Assembly: GCA_043827405.1 (NCBI GenBank)
Contig: JBDRPD010000034.1
Location: forward strand, 32,001 to 96,000
DNA: 64,000 nt
Direction: 5' to 3'
From: Elusimicrobiota bacterium
Lineage (GTDB): Bacteria; Elusimicrobiota; Elusimicrobia; UBA1565
Positions 1 through 9,221 of this stretch are shown here, in pieces. A model generated the notes under the pieces. The model worked only from the letters and a program-made list of their open reading frames with translations, searched no databases and was not told the origin of the DNA. The number at the start of each line of letters is the position of its first letter. Position 1 is the first letter of the stretch. The translations under genes and the position numbers were made by a program.

Positions 1-575
1 AGCGCTTCCGCTCCGCGCATATCCCGCGGGACGGAATCGCCGACCATTAGGGCCGCTTCCGGAGCGACGCCCAGCAGGTCCGTGGCGTGCAGGAACAGTT
101 TCTTGTCCGGCTTCAGAGCGCCGACTTTCTCGGAGTCCGCTACGGCATCGAACAGGTCGGCGAGGCCTTCATGCTCAAGGATAGAATCGAGATTGCCGTA
201 GAAATTTGAAACGATGCCGAGGCGAAAGCGACGACGAAGGCGCTCGAGCAGTGGTCGATTAAGCTGGAGGGCCGTGCGCGACTCTTCCACGAAGCGGCGG
301 GTGATCTTCTCAAGGTAGGTGCCGCGTGCCATATTTAGGGCGTCCAATACGCAGCCGGCCTGCAGCCGGACCGTCTCTTCTAAGGAAAGGCCGGCAAGAG
401 CAAAGCGGGCGGGCAGGTTGTCGTCCGCATCATAGAAGGCGCGGTCGAATGTTTCGGGAGCGGCCGGGCATCCGCTATCAGCATAAATCCGCCGAAAACG
501 CTCGCGCCAATGGAGTCCATTGGCATCTAGAGTCCCGCCAAAATCGAACAATACGGCCTGTATAGTTTGTGTCAT
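1..575 (-). CDS. HAD-superfamily hydrolase (3' end runs off the window)
   Basis: Not in the ORF track; translated by hand from ATG at 575: MTQTIQAVLFDFGGTLD (motif I) ... LGIVSNF (motif II) ... KPD (motif III) ... ALMVGDSVPRDM (motif IV). Confidence 0.9.
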   Translation of the reverse strand, partial: MTQTIQAVLFDFGGTLDANGLHWRERFRRIYADSGCPAAPETFDRAFYDADDNLPARFALAGLSLEETVRLQAGCVLDALNMARGTYLEKITRRFVEESRTALQLNRPLLERLRRRFRLGIVSNFYGNLDSILEHEGLADLFDAVADSEKVGALKPDKKLFLHATDLLGVAPEAALMVGDSVPRDMRGAEA

Positions 576-634
576 AAACGGGGGCGCCGGAGGGAATGAG
601 CAACTCCGATGCATTTTACTACAAAAAATAGGCC

Positions 635-663
635 TTGACAAACATTCACAATCCTGTTAAAAC
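635..663 (+). promoter_or_regulatory. Sigma70-type promoter of the pilM operon
   Basis: TTGACA at 635-640, 17-bp spacer, TG-n-TAAAAC at 655-663, with an A-tract upstream. The -10 lacks the final T. Confidence 0.6.
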
Positions 664-699
664 TTCACAGACGTAGGTTCTTCTGGAACAAATAGGAGC

Positions 700-745
700 G
701 CGCCGAATGAGTCCTCGCGAGAGGAGCGTCGGCGTTTTTTGTTTT
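700..745 (+). terminator. Terminator/attenuator-like hairpin in the pilM 5' leader
   Basis: GCGCCGA(700-706)/TCGGCGT(729-735) outer stem, TCCTC-GCGA-GAGGA inner stem with a GNRA loop, immediately followed by TTTTTTGTTTT. Confidence 0.6.
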
Positions 746-833
746 ATTGTTCGTGCAGCTGCCAGCATGTTCGCGTGATGTGGCGGACGGGTGGCGCTTA
801 CGGATGCGGTTATTTTTTGGAGGCACTTTCCAT

Positions 834-1997
834 ATGGCTGGCTTGGCCGGGCTGAAGGAAAAGCTTAAAAAGGTCGACTTAAAAGGACTGAAGGAGAAGG
901 CAATGTCCTTGGTGGTCGGCCCGCAGGATATTATCGGCATTGATATCGGCAGCCATGCCGTGAAGGTCGCGGCCATCAAAAAAGTTAAGGATAAGCTGAC
1001 TCTCCATAGCTGGGGTTATCTGCCGCTTGATCCCAAGCCGGAAGCCACGGCGGATGAGAGGAAGCAGCAGACGATCAACCTGCTGAAGGCCTTCCTCATA
1101 CAGAAGAACGTGCAGATTAAAAATGTCGCCACGTCTATTTCCGGCAATGCGGTGATCGTGCGCTATGTTAAATTTCCTTTGCTGACCAAGAACGAGTTTA
1201 AGGCGACGCTCGCCACGGAAGCCGAGCCTTTTATCCCGTTCGATATCAACGAGGTTCAGCTGGGTTTCCATATCCTCGGCGAGCTGGTCGAGGAAGGGCA
1301 GAAAAAGATGGAGACTGTGCTGGTCGCGGCCAAGAAAGAAGCCGTGCAGATGCGGGTGGAGGTGCTGCAATCTCTGGGTCTTAAGCCGACGATCATCGAC
1401 GTGGACTCTTTCGCTCTGGAAAACGTATATGAGCGGATGGCGGAAGCGGGTACGGGCGGCGGCGCGACGCTTCTTCTTAACGTCGGGCACTCCGTTACCA
1501 ACCTCTCTATTATTGAGGAAGGCGTGACGCGCGTGGTCCGCGACATCCTGATTTCAGGGAATACCTTTACGCGCGCGATCATGAAGTCGCTGCAGTGTGA
1601 GTTCCCCAAGGCGGAGGAGGCTAAGAAAGCCTTCGGCATTCTCGTCGATCCGGAAGAGAAGGAGAAGGCGCTGCAGGCGGGCCAGCGGGAGGCGCTGGGG
1701 GTTTCCCAGGCCGTCACCACCGTACTCAAGGACATGGTCGGCGAGCTGCACCGGTCGGTCGATTTTTACCTTTCGCAGGGACCGGAGCGCTCGATCGGGC
1801 GCATCGTGCTCTCCGGTGGGTCGGCCGGGATGAAAAATATGGCCCGGCATCTGGCGGCCGAACTGAAGGTTCCGGTTTCGGTACTGGATCCGTTCGCCTG
1901 CCTTTCGGAGCTGCCCGCGGATATTCCCAAAGAGATCGCGCCCGGATTGGGCGTTGCCGTAGGCTTGGCCCTGCGCAGCAATAGGGACTGGGAATGA
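834..1997 (+). CDS. pilM: Type IV pilus assembly protein PilM (actin-like)
   Basis: IGIDIGSHAVK, VIVRYVKFP, IPFDINEV, LLNVGHSVTN, IVLSGGSA, VAVGLALR. Start at ATG 834 after GGAGG (819-823). Confidence 0.93.
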   Translation: MAGLAGLKEKLKKVDLKGLKEKAMSLVVGPQDIIGIDIGSHAVKVAAIKKVKDKLTLHSWGYLPLDPKPEATADERKQQTINLLKAFLIQKNVQIKNVATSISGNAVIVRYVKFPLLTKNEFKATLATEAEPFIPFDINEVQLGFHILGELVEEGQKKMETVLVAAKKEAVQMRVEVLQSLGLKPTIIDVDSFALENVYERMAEAGTGGGATLLLNVGHSVTNLSIIEEGVTRVVRDILISGNTFTRAIMKSLQCEFPKAEEAKKAFGILVDPEEKEKALQAGQREALGVSQAVTTVLKDMVGELHRSVDFYLSQGPERSIGRIVLSGGSAGMKNMARHLAAELKVPVSVLDPFACLSELPADIPKEIAPGLGVAVGLALRSNRDWE

Positions 1998-2557
1998 TTA
2001 AGGTAAACCTGGTACCGGCGGAGATTCTGGACCGGGAGGTCCAGCGCCAGCGGGCGATCCAGGTGGGGATCGTCGCCGGCCTGGTCGCGCTGTTATTTGC
2101 GGGCGTTTCATTCACCCATTATCGCACCAAGATCCAGGTGACCAAGCAGCTCGAGGAGGAGAACGCGCGCTTAAAAAAGCTGGAGGCGATCGTCGCGCAG
2201 GTCAATGCCTTCGAGTCGAAGGCCGCCGCGGTGCGCTCGCGCTTGGGCGTGATGAACGATCTTTTGAAGTCGCGGGAGCTGTATCCTAAATTTATGGTCG
2301 ATATTATCGAATCTTTTCCGGACGGCGTATGGATCGGCACCTTGTCCACCACAAAAAAAGACAAGACCCTGTCGCTGTCAATGCCCGCTTTTGCCGCATC
2401 GACCGGCGATCTGACCACCTGGCTGCGCACGCTGGAGGAGTCAAAAATTTTTTCCGAAGCCAAGATCAGCGGGATAGCGATCGACCAGGAAGGCAAACAT
2501 ACTTTTAGTATGTCGATGATTTATACGCCGCAGGATGGGGAAAAGAAGCAGCCGTAG
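1994..2557 (+). CDS. pilN: Type IV pilus assembly protein PilN
   Basis: N-terminal IKVNLVP (INLLP-like PilM-binding motif), one TM helix, coiled coil, PDGVWI; ATGA overlap with pilM. Confidence 0.9.
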   Translation: MIKVNLVPAEILDREVQRQRAIQVGIVAGLVALLFAGVSFTHYRTKIQVTKQLEEENARLKKLEAIVAQVNAFESKAAAVRSRLGVMNDLLKSRELYPKFMVDIIESFPDGVWIGTLSTTKKDKTLSLSMPAFAASTGDLTTWLRTLEESKIFSEAKISGIAIDQEGKHTFSMSMIYTPQDGEKKQP

Positions 2558-2566
2558 CGAGCGAGC

Positions 2567-3115
2567 ATGGCGAATATCCAAATCAAGCTGACCAAAGAGC
2601 AGCAGCAGTATCTGGTGTTTGCGGTGATGTTTTTGGGCGGCGGCGGGTATGCGTATGTGAAATATTTTTGGCTGCCGACTTCGGCGGCGATCACCAAGAC
2701 GAACGCCGAGATCGAAAGCGTCGTCAAGAAGATCACGAAGGCGAAGGGCGCCGCGGGAAAACTAAAGAAGATCCAGCAGGAACTCGAGCTGCTTAATAAG
2801 CAGGCGGAAGAAGCGGAAAAGCGTCTGCCGAAGGAAGAGGACTTCCCCACTGTCGTCGATACGATTACCGGCTTGGCCCGCAAGTACAATGTGGAGCTGA
2901 AGTCGTTCTCGACCGGCAAAAGGCAGGACCAGGCTCATTTCGTGCAGCTCACCTATTCGATTTCCGCTTCGGCGCCGTATCATGATTTGGGAAAGTTTTT
3001 TGCCTCGCTCGCTCTCGAAGAACGCATCTACAATGTGGAGAATGTCAGCTACTCTCCGGCGGAAGACACGGTGAGCGTTAATTTCCTGCTGATATCGTAT
3101 ATGTACAAAGGGTGA
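2567..3115 (+). CDS. pilO: Type IV pilus assembly protein PilO
   Basis: TM helix, coiled coil, RLPKEEDFP, YHDLGKFF..L..ERIYNV; follows pilN. Confidence 0.88.
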   Translation: MANIQIKLTKEQQQYLVFAVMFLGGGGYAYVKYFWLPTSAAITKTNAEIESVVKKITKAKGAAGKLKKIQQELELLNKQAEEAEKRLPKEEDFPTVVDTITGLARKYNVELKSFSTGKRQDQAHFVQLTYSISASAPYHDLGKFFASLALEERIYNVENVSYSPAEDTVSVNFLLISYMYKG

Positions 3116-3116
3116 T

Positions 3117-3584
3117 ATGAGGATTTATTGCGCGGCCGTTTTATTTCTATTTACGTTCTCTCGCGGCGTGGGGGCGGAGGAGTTTTCTGTTGCCGCTTCA
3201 TCTGCGGCCGTCAAGCCGCGGACAGTCAACGATATATACACCGGGGCGCATTATCGCAACCCCTTCACGGCGGTGGCGATCAAGAGCGGGGGGATTTCCT
3301 TCGCCGCGGCGGCGGCCTGGGATCCCGCGGATTTTAACATCCATGAGCTGGACCTAAAAGGGCTCCTGCGCGACAAAAATGGGGCCTTCGCCATACTTAC
3401 GGACCGGTTGGCCGGCGTGGGCTTCATGCTGCGCAAGGGGAAGCTTTATGATTACCGGAACAATCTCATCCCCGATGTGACCGGCAAGATAAATGTGGCG
3501 CAGAAAACGGTTTATCTGATAACCTCGGAAAAAGATGTCCAGACGTTGCATCTCGGCGAGGACAAAGATGATTCGGAGCAATAA
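3117..3584 (+). CDS. pilP: PilP-like pilus assembly protein
   Basis: Lies between pilO and pilQ; YRNPF (RDPF-like) and LDLKGLL...AFAILTD beta-domain; signal peptide without an evident lipobox. Confidence 0.65.
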   Translation: MRIYCAAVLFLFTFSRGVGAEEFSVAASSAAVKPRTVNDIYTGAHYRNPFTAVAIKSGGISFAAAAAWDPADFNIHELDLKGLLRDKNGAFAILTDRLAGVGFMLRKGKLYDYRNNLIPDVTGKINVAQKTVYLITSEKDVQTLHLGEDKDDSEQ

Positions 3585-3599
3585 CGAGGAGATATCGTC

Positions 3600-5741
3600 A
3601 TGATCAGGGAACTCTTCAAAAAATGCATCGCCGTGCTCATCGCGCTGCTGCTGTCGGCGCAAGGTCAGGGCGCGTTGGTGTGGGCCGCGGAAGCGGCGAC
3701 GCTCGACGGCATCGAGGTCCAGCCGGATCAGGTGACGATGCACCTCAGCAAAGAGGTCCGCTATAATAGTTTTATAACGGTTGAGCCGCCGCGCCTGATC
3801 GTTGAACTCCTCAATACCGAGTTCGCCGCCGCGCAGAAGACTCAGCAGGGGCAGGGGACGCTCCTTAATCGCGTGCGCGCGGCGCAGTATCAGCGCGAGC
3901 CTAATCTAATAACCCGGATCGTGCTGGACCTTAAGAAGCTCGCCGCGTACCGGGCGAAGTGGGATGGCGGCAAGCTGATCGTCATTCTCATGGGCGGCGA
4001 CAGCGACAGCGATGAGGGCGCGGATGCGGTCGCGGACGAGGAGGCGCCGGCGGTAGAGCAGGCGCTCAAGCCCGCTATCGAGCCGGCCAAGAAAACCGTC
4101 GTCGAGCGGGAGTTGCGGCCCGTGGTCAAGCGGGTGCAGAAGCCCGTTCCCGTGCCGGAGCCCGCGCCGGTCATGCGCGATGCGGCCGCTGAGGACGTCG
4201 CGCCGGTGCCTGCGCCGGCGCTGAAACCGGAGGTCGCGGCAGTCGCGCCGGAGCCGGAGGCCGCGCCGAAGCCGGCCGCTATGCCGAAGCGGATGACGAC
4301 GCAGGCATCAGAGGAGCTGACCCGGATGGCTATGAGTTCAGACGTCCGTCCGGGAGCCCCGGTCGAGGCGGCCGGCCAGCGCCGTGCGAGTAAGGGCCGG
4401 AAGCCGGCGGATGCCGAAGCGCGCCGGGATATTCTGGCGACACTGTCCACGGACCCCATCACGCTGGATTTTGACAATACCAATATCCAGGACATTCTAA
4501 AACTCCTGGCGGTGAAGGCGAAGGTTAATGTCGTATACGGACCGGACGTTACCGGTGCCCTGACCCTGCATTTGTCGGACGTGCCGTTTAATGAGGCCTT
4601 CATGACGGTCCTCTCCATGCAGGGGCTGGTCGTCGCCCAAGTCGGCCAGAATATCCTGCGGATAATGACGCCGATTACGATGTCCAAGGAGCGGGCGTCG
4701 GCCGTGACGCAGACGCGCGTTATCCACTTAAACTACGTCAAGGCGGCTGACGTCAAGAAGGCGTTGGATAGCGTTCGCACGGCGGAAGCAAGGGCGGGTG
4801 TCGTGAATTTCGACGAGTACACAAATTCCTTAATCATTACGGACAGCCTTGACGGCATCGCCGCGGCCGAGCGGCTGCTGGCGGAGCTGGATGTCCGGCC
4901 CCGGCAGGTCATGATCGAGTGCAAGCTGGTGGAAGTTATCCTAAGCAAGGATTTCAACGTCGGCATTGAGTGGGACTATTTTAGCGTGGACCAAAGCAAG
5001 CAGTTCGGCCAGCAGGGCTGGGACGTCATCGGCACTGTGGCGAACCCGTTGGTTGTCGGCGGCGCCGTCGCCCGCCCGTTTGATAATAATGCGCAGCTCA
5101 ATGCGGTTGGAACGGCGATACCCGGCGCGGGCGGCCGCGGAACGGGCGTATTCCTGCCGGCGACGAACGTATTCGGCGCTTTCACCTATGGCCGCATAAC
5201 GAACAACTACTTTCTGAATGCGACCCTGACCGCTGCCGCCTCGCGCGGCAAGGCCAAGGTGCTTTCCGACCCCAAGATTTCGGCGCTTAATGGAGAGAAG
5301 GCGTCGATCGATATTACGACGAATATCCCTTACGTGACCTCCGAAACGGTGCAGGGCGCGACGCCGACCACGACGGAAAAGGTCTCCTATACCGTCACGG
5401 GTATTAAGTTGGAAGTCACTCCGAACATCAATAGCGATGGCAGCATCACTCTTGAGATTAAGCCGGAGGTCAGTCAGCCGTCTACGGTGGCGTCCGCCGC
5501 CGGTGGGACCGGAGCGATCTCTACCGACTCGCGCAGCGCGCAGACGACCGTGCACGTCAACGACGGCGACACCATCGTCATCGGCGGTCTCATCTCCGAC
5601 ACGGAAAGCGAGAACATCGCCAAAATCCCGCTGCTGGGTGATATTCCGATCCTGGGATGGCTGTTTAAGAAGAAAACAAACGTCCGCAACCGGACCGAGC
5701 TGCTGATCTTCGTCACCAGTAAAATCGTTAACCCCTCCTAG
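3600..5741 (+). CDS. pilQ: Type IV pilus secretin PilQ (AMIN domain, Pro/Ala linker, N domains, secretin)
   Basis: Signal peptide; PPRLIVEL/TRIVLDL AMIN motifs; ITLDFDNTNI; DEYTNSLII; QVMIECKLVEV; KIPLLGDIPILGWLFK; ELLIFVT. Confidence 0.95.
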   Translation: MIRELFKKCIAVLIALLLSAQGQGALVWAAEAATLDGIEVQPDQVTMHLSKEVRYNSFITVEPPRLIVELLNTEFAAAQKTQQGQGTLLNRVRAAQYQREPNLITRIVLDLKKLAAYRAKWDGGKLIVILMGGDSDSDEGADAVADEEAPAVEQALKPAIEPAKKTVVERELRPVVKRVQKPVPVPEPAPVMRDAAAEDVAPVPAPALKPEVAAVAPEPEAAPKPAAMPKRMTTQASEELTRMAMSSDVRPGAPVEAAGQRRASKGRKPADAEARRDILATLSTDPITLDFDNTNIQDILKLLAVKAKVNVVYGPDVTGALTLHLSDVPFNEAFMTVLSMQGLVVAQVGQNILRIMTPITMSKERASAVTQTRVIHLNYVKAADVKKALDSVRTAEARAGVVNFDEYTNSLIITDSLDGIAAAERLLAELDVRPRQVMIECKLVEVILSKDFNVGIEWDYFSVDQSKQFGQQGWDVIGTVANPLVVGGAVARPFDNNAQLNAVGTAIPGAGGRGTGVFLPATNVFGAFTYGRITNNYFLNATLTAAASRGKAKVLSDPKISALNGEKASIDITTNIPYVTSETVQGATPTTTEKVSYTVTGIKLEVTPNINSDGSITLEIKPEVSQPSTVASAAGGTGAISTDSRSAQTTVHVNDGDTIVIGGLISDTESENIAKIPLLGDIPILGWLFKKKTNVRNRTELLIFVTSKIVNPS

Positions 5742-5743
5742 GC

Positions 5744-7228
5744 GTGATCCTGCCCGCGCTGCTGGCCCTCGCGGTTGCGCTGGGCCCGCTGTTGCGCGGC
5801 TGTTGGGATATCTGGGCGCAGGCGCTCATCCATCAGGCCGCGGTATGCGGCATTATCCTCTGGCTGCTGTCGCGCGTGATTGTGGGCTATGTGCCGCTGC
5901 CGTCGCGCCGGAACCTGTTATGGGCGGTGCTGCTGACGGCGCTGGGCACGGCATCCGTCGTGCGCAGTCCGGTCCATGCTCTGGTCCTGCCCGAGTGGTA
6001 CAACTTTCTCAACGCCCTGTGGATATTCCCCATTATGGCCGCGGTATCCAAGGACGAGCGCCAGCATGTCGATATCGCGCTGCGGGCGGCGGCGTGGATA
6101 CTGATGGCGCTCGCTTTTTATCAGCACTTCCGGCTGGGAGAAGCCCGGCCGGCCAGCGCGCTGGTCAACGAGAACGTCTTTGCCGGGACGATTCTGCTGC
6201 TGCTGCCGTTGGCGCTGGAGAAAAAGGATTGGCTGCTGGCGGGAGGGCTGTTCGTGAACCTCCTGTGGACGCGGAGCGTAGGCGCCTGGCTGGGACTGGC
6301 CGTCGCTTTGCTGGTGACGCAGCGGGGGCGGCGCGCCGTCTGGTTCTGGGCCGGTCTGGCCCTGGGACTCCTCTGCGCCGTGGCGGTTTACAATAAGCTG
6401 CAGTCCCCGGACGTGCTCAACCGGCTGTACTGGTGGCAAGCGGCGGTCGCGATGATCTGCGAGCGTCCGCTCACCGGCTTCGGGCCGGGGGCGTACGCGC
6501 CGGTGCTGCCGGCGGTCGCGGCGAAAGAGGGCGTGTTCTCCGGGTATGCTCACCAGTATTTCCTGCAGACGGCGGCGGAGTACGGTATAGTATTCACCGG
6601 CATCTGGCTTGCGGGGCTGTGGAGCTGCGTCGTGCGCGGAAGTTCCTACAAGAGGTTCGGCGCGCTGGCTTTGCTCGTTTATTCCTGCTGTGATTGGTCG
6701 CTGTCGATGCCGGCCAACTTATGGCTGTTCTCATATTTTGCGGCGTCCTCGATTTCGGAGGGCTCACAGGGCGTCAATGTCCCAACGCGTTTTAAGCTTC
6801 CCTGCTGCGCGCTGCTGCTGCTTATTGGAGGGTTTCTAACCGTGCGCATTCTGCATCTATGGGCCGCCGACCGTGCGAAGACCCGGGCGGTCGCGGCGCT
6901 GCATTCCGGCGACCTCGCGGCGGCGCGCGCCGCCGGGGAGGCGGCGGCGCGGCATGTCGCCCGTGATCCCGACACGCAGGAGCTGCTCGCCGCTGCCGAC
7001 CTGGGGCGGACCGCCGGCCGGGGCGCGGGCGATTCTGCGCTGCGTTCGGCGGCCGGACATCTTGAGAAGGCGGCGCAATGGAATCCGTACCGAGCTCGCA
7101 CTTGGGCCGCTCTGGCTGACGTGCGGGGCCGGCTCGGGGACGGCCCGGGCGCCGCGGCGGCACGACGGGACGGCGCCCGGTGGAGTCTGCGCTACCGGCG
7201 CGGACTGGAGAAAGAAAGTGCTCGGTGA
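5744..7228 (+). CDS. O-antigen ligase / O-oligosaccharyltransferase-like (Wzy_C) membrane protein with C-terminal TPR-like region
   Basis: Many TM helices; NENVFAG, TRSVGAWLG, R.YWWQAA..MI.ERPLTGFGPG, YAHQYFLQTAAEYG (WaaL-type His motif); helical TPR-like tail (WNPYRARTW). Confidence 0.8.
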   Translation: MILPALLALAVALGPLLRGCWDIWAQALIHQAAVCGIILWLLSRVIVGYVPLPSRRNLLWAVLLTALGTASVVRSPVHALVLPEWYNFLNALWIFPIMAAVSKDERQHVDIALRAAAWILMALAFYQHFRLGEARPASALVNENVFAGTILLLLPLALEKKDWLLAGGLFVNLLWTRSVGAWLGLAVALLVTQRGRRAVWFWAGLALGLLCAVAVYNKLQSPDVLNRLYWWQAAVAMICERPLTGFGPGAYAPVLPAVAAKEGVFSGYAHQYFLQTAAEYGIVFTGIWLAGLWSCVVRGSSYKRFGALALLVYSCCDWSLSMPANLWLFSYFAASSISEGSQGVNVPTRFKLPCCALLLLIGGFLTVRILHLWAADRAKTRAVAALHSGDLAAARAAGEAAARHVARDPDTQELLAAADLGRTAGRGAGDSALRSAAGHLEKAAQWNPYRARTWAALADVRGRLGDGPGAAAARRDGARWSLRYRRGLEKESAR

Positions 7229-9221
7229 GGGCCGCGGCCGTATAACGCGCCGCGATATCGCCGGTCTTGCGGCGCTCACGGCGCTGCCCGCGCTGCTCTT
7301 CGGCCTGCGCTGGGTGTTCGGCCAGACATTTTTTTGGGGCGACCTCCTGTATCTGCATTATCCCTGGAAGGCCGCGGCGGCGGAGCGTGTGCTGCAGGGA
7401 GCCGTGCCGTTATGGAACCCCTATATCTATCTGGGCATGCCGCTGGCCGCCGAGATGCAGTGCGCGGTTTGGTATCCGGGCTCACTGCCGTTTTATTTTT
7501 TTAATTTTCCGACGGCTCTGGCGGTGTTTCATACCGTTCATTTCGGGCTGGTCGGCATGTTCTCCTATCTGTGGCTGCGGCGGCTGGGTTTTTCTCGTGC
7601 GGCGGCCTGGGGCGGGGCGGCGGTATTCATGCTGTGCGGCAGCGTGGTCAGCCGCATCCCCTTTCTGAACCATATTTCGACGATCATGTTTTTCCCCGCC
7701 CTGCTGCTGCTGGCGCGGTTCCCCGTGCTGTTGGGGCTGGTTTTCGCGCTCGCCTTCTTCGGCGGCTACCCCACTATGCTCATCGGCGAGATCGCCGCGG
7801 CCTGGCTGCTGCATGTGCTGATCGAGGGGCGGGGACGACGCGCGCTGCGGGCGGCGCGCGTCTGGGCGGCGGCGGCCGTTCTGGGCCTGGGCCTTGCGGC
7901 CTGCCTGTTCCTGCCGGCGGCCCAGTTGGCGGCCGGTTCCAAGCGCGGGCAGGGCATGGAGGCGCCGGAGGTGTTGACCTGGTCGTTTCGTCCGGGAGAT
8001 TTGGTGCAGCTGACCGCTCCGCCGCTGATACCCGCCGGCGAGTTCTCGCCGACGGGCTTATGGTGGAAGACGGTATATTTCGGCTTCGGCGGGTGCGCCG
8101 CCGCCGCCGCCGGACTGCTGGCCGCCGGTCCTGCGGCGGCCGCGGCGGCGGCCGGCTATATCGGCGCGGTGCTGCTGATCCTGCTGGGGGATGGAAATCC
8201 GGTCTCGCATTTCATTTGGACTTATTTTCTGCCGCTTAAATACGTGCGCTATCCCGGCAATATGGCGTACCTGCTGCTGCCGGCCGCGGCGCTGCTGATC
8301 GCCCGCGGACTGCATCGACGCCGCTGGGCATGGGGTGCGGCGGCGGTCATTGCCGTCGAACTGGGCGTGTATGCCGCGGTCTCGCAGCCCACGGTCAGCA
8401 AGGGTTATTTCGCCGACAGCGGCCCGCTGGTGCGCGTGCTGCGCCGGGAATTGGACGGGCATCGCTACCTGCTGTCGCCGCTGGCGCTGCATTGGCAGCG
8501 CGGGGCCGGCGGAGACTCGCCCGCCGCCTTTCGCGATCTAAAGCACCGCCTCTACGGTCTGACCAATATGCCTTATCATCTGGAGAGCGTCGGCAGTTTC
8601 GGCGAGCCGCTGGTGCCGCAGCCGTCCTATGATTTTATGGATTTCATCTTCAGTCGTCCCAGCTTGGCGGAGGCGGCGCGGTGGCTCCATTGGGCGGATG
8701 TCCGCATCCTTATGACGCGCGATCAAATGGCCGGCGGCGCGCTGCGCTACCTCGGCGACAGCTTATGGCATATCTACGCGAACACCGAGCCGGTTTCTCG
8801 AGCGTACTGGTTCGCTGAGGACGCCGGCGGAAATATCCCCGCCGTCCTCGGCCGGCTCCCGGGGGCCGATGTCGGGCGGGGCATACCGCTGTCGGTGGAG
8901 CGGTCGCGCGATGAGCGGTTTTCGATCGCCGCCTCTTTCCCGCGGCCGGGCTGGGTGTATGTCTCTGAACCGCTGGGCCCGGGTTGGAAAGTGGAGGTCA
9001 ACGGCCGCGCGGCGAGGACGGTTCCGGCGCTGCGCGCTTTTCACCGGCTGCGCGTGCCGGCGGGTAAGTGGCGGGCGGCGTTTCGCTATGAGCCGGTATT
9101 CTGGCGCCTGGGTTTGTGGCTGACTTTGCTCGTTCTGTGCGGCCTGACGGCATATTGGTACAACCGGCTTCTCATATATTCCGCAGGACAGGGCGTCCTC
9201 CAGCGCCGCTTGCGAGCATGA
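7218..9221 (+). CDS. YfhO-family (GT-C) membrane glycosyltransferase
   Basis: GDLLYLHYP, G.VPLWNPYIYLGMPLAAEMQCAVWYP, and C-terminal PGWKVEVNG...VPAGKW...FRYEP. Start trimmed to GTG 7218. Confidence 0.82.
   Translation: MLGEGRGRITRRDIAGLAALTALPALLFGLRWVFGQTFFWGDLLYLHYPWKAAAAERVLQGAVPLWNPYIYLGMPLAAEMQCAVWYPGSLPFYFFNFPTALAVFHTVHFGLVGMFSYLWLRRLGFSRAAAWGGAAVFMLCGSVVSRIPFLNHISTIMFFPALLLLARFPVLLGLVFALAFFGGYPTMLIGEIAAAWLLHVLIEGRGRRALRAARVWAAAAVLGLGLAACLFLPAAQLAAGSKRGQGMEAPEVLTWSFRPGDLVQLTAPPLIPAGEFSPTGLWWKTVYFGFGGCAAAAAGLLAAGPAAAAAAAGYIGAVLLILLGDGNPVSHFIWTYFLPLKYVRYPGNMAYLLLPAAALLIARGLHRRRWAWGAAAVIAVELGVYAAVSQPTVSKGYFADSGPLVRVLRRELDGHRYLLSPLALHWQRGAGGDSPAAFRDLKHRLYGLTNMPYHLESVGSFGEPLVPQPSYDFMDFIFSRPSLAEAARWLHWADVRILMTRDQMAGGALRYLGDSLWHIYANTEPVSRAYWFAEDAGGNIPAVLGRLPGADVGRGIPLSVERSRDERFSIAASFPRPGWVYVSEPLGPGWKVEVNGRAARTVPALRAFHRLRVPAGKWRAAFRYEPVFWRLGLWLTLLVLCGLTAYWYNRLLIYSAGQGVLQRRLRA

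Noticed and set aside
326..565. 79-aa plus-strand ORF
   Set aside because: Antisense to the clearly recognisable HAD hydrolase; no motifs.
665..760. c-di-GMP riboswitch or ops/JUMPstart call for the pilM leader
   Set aside because: The consensus elements were not found by eye; kept only as an unassigned structured leader.
6873..7217. Long N-terminal extensions in the ORF track (also 747, 24505-25572, 44949, 49656, 50525, 53215)
   Set aside because: They overlap upstream genes and are Arg/Pro-rich noise; downstream starts coincide with stop/start overlaps, RBS or signal peptides.
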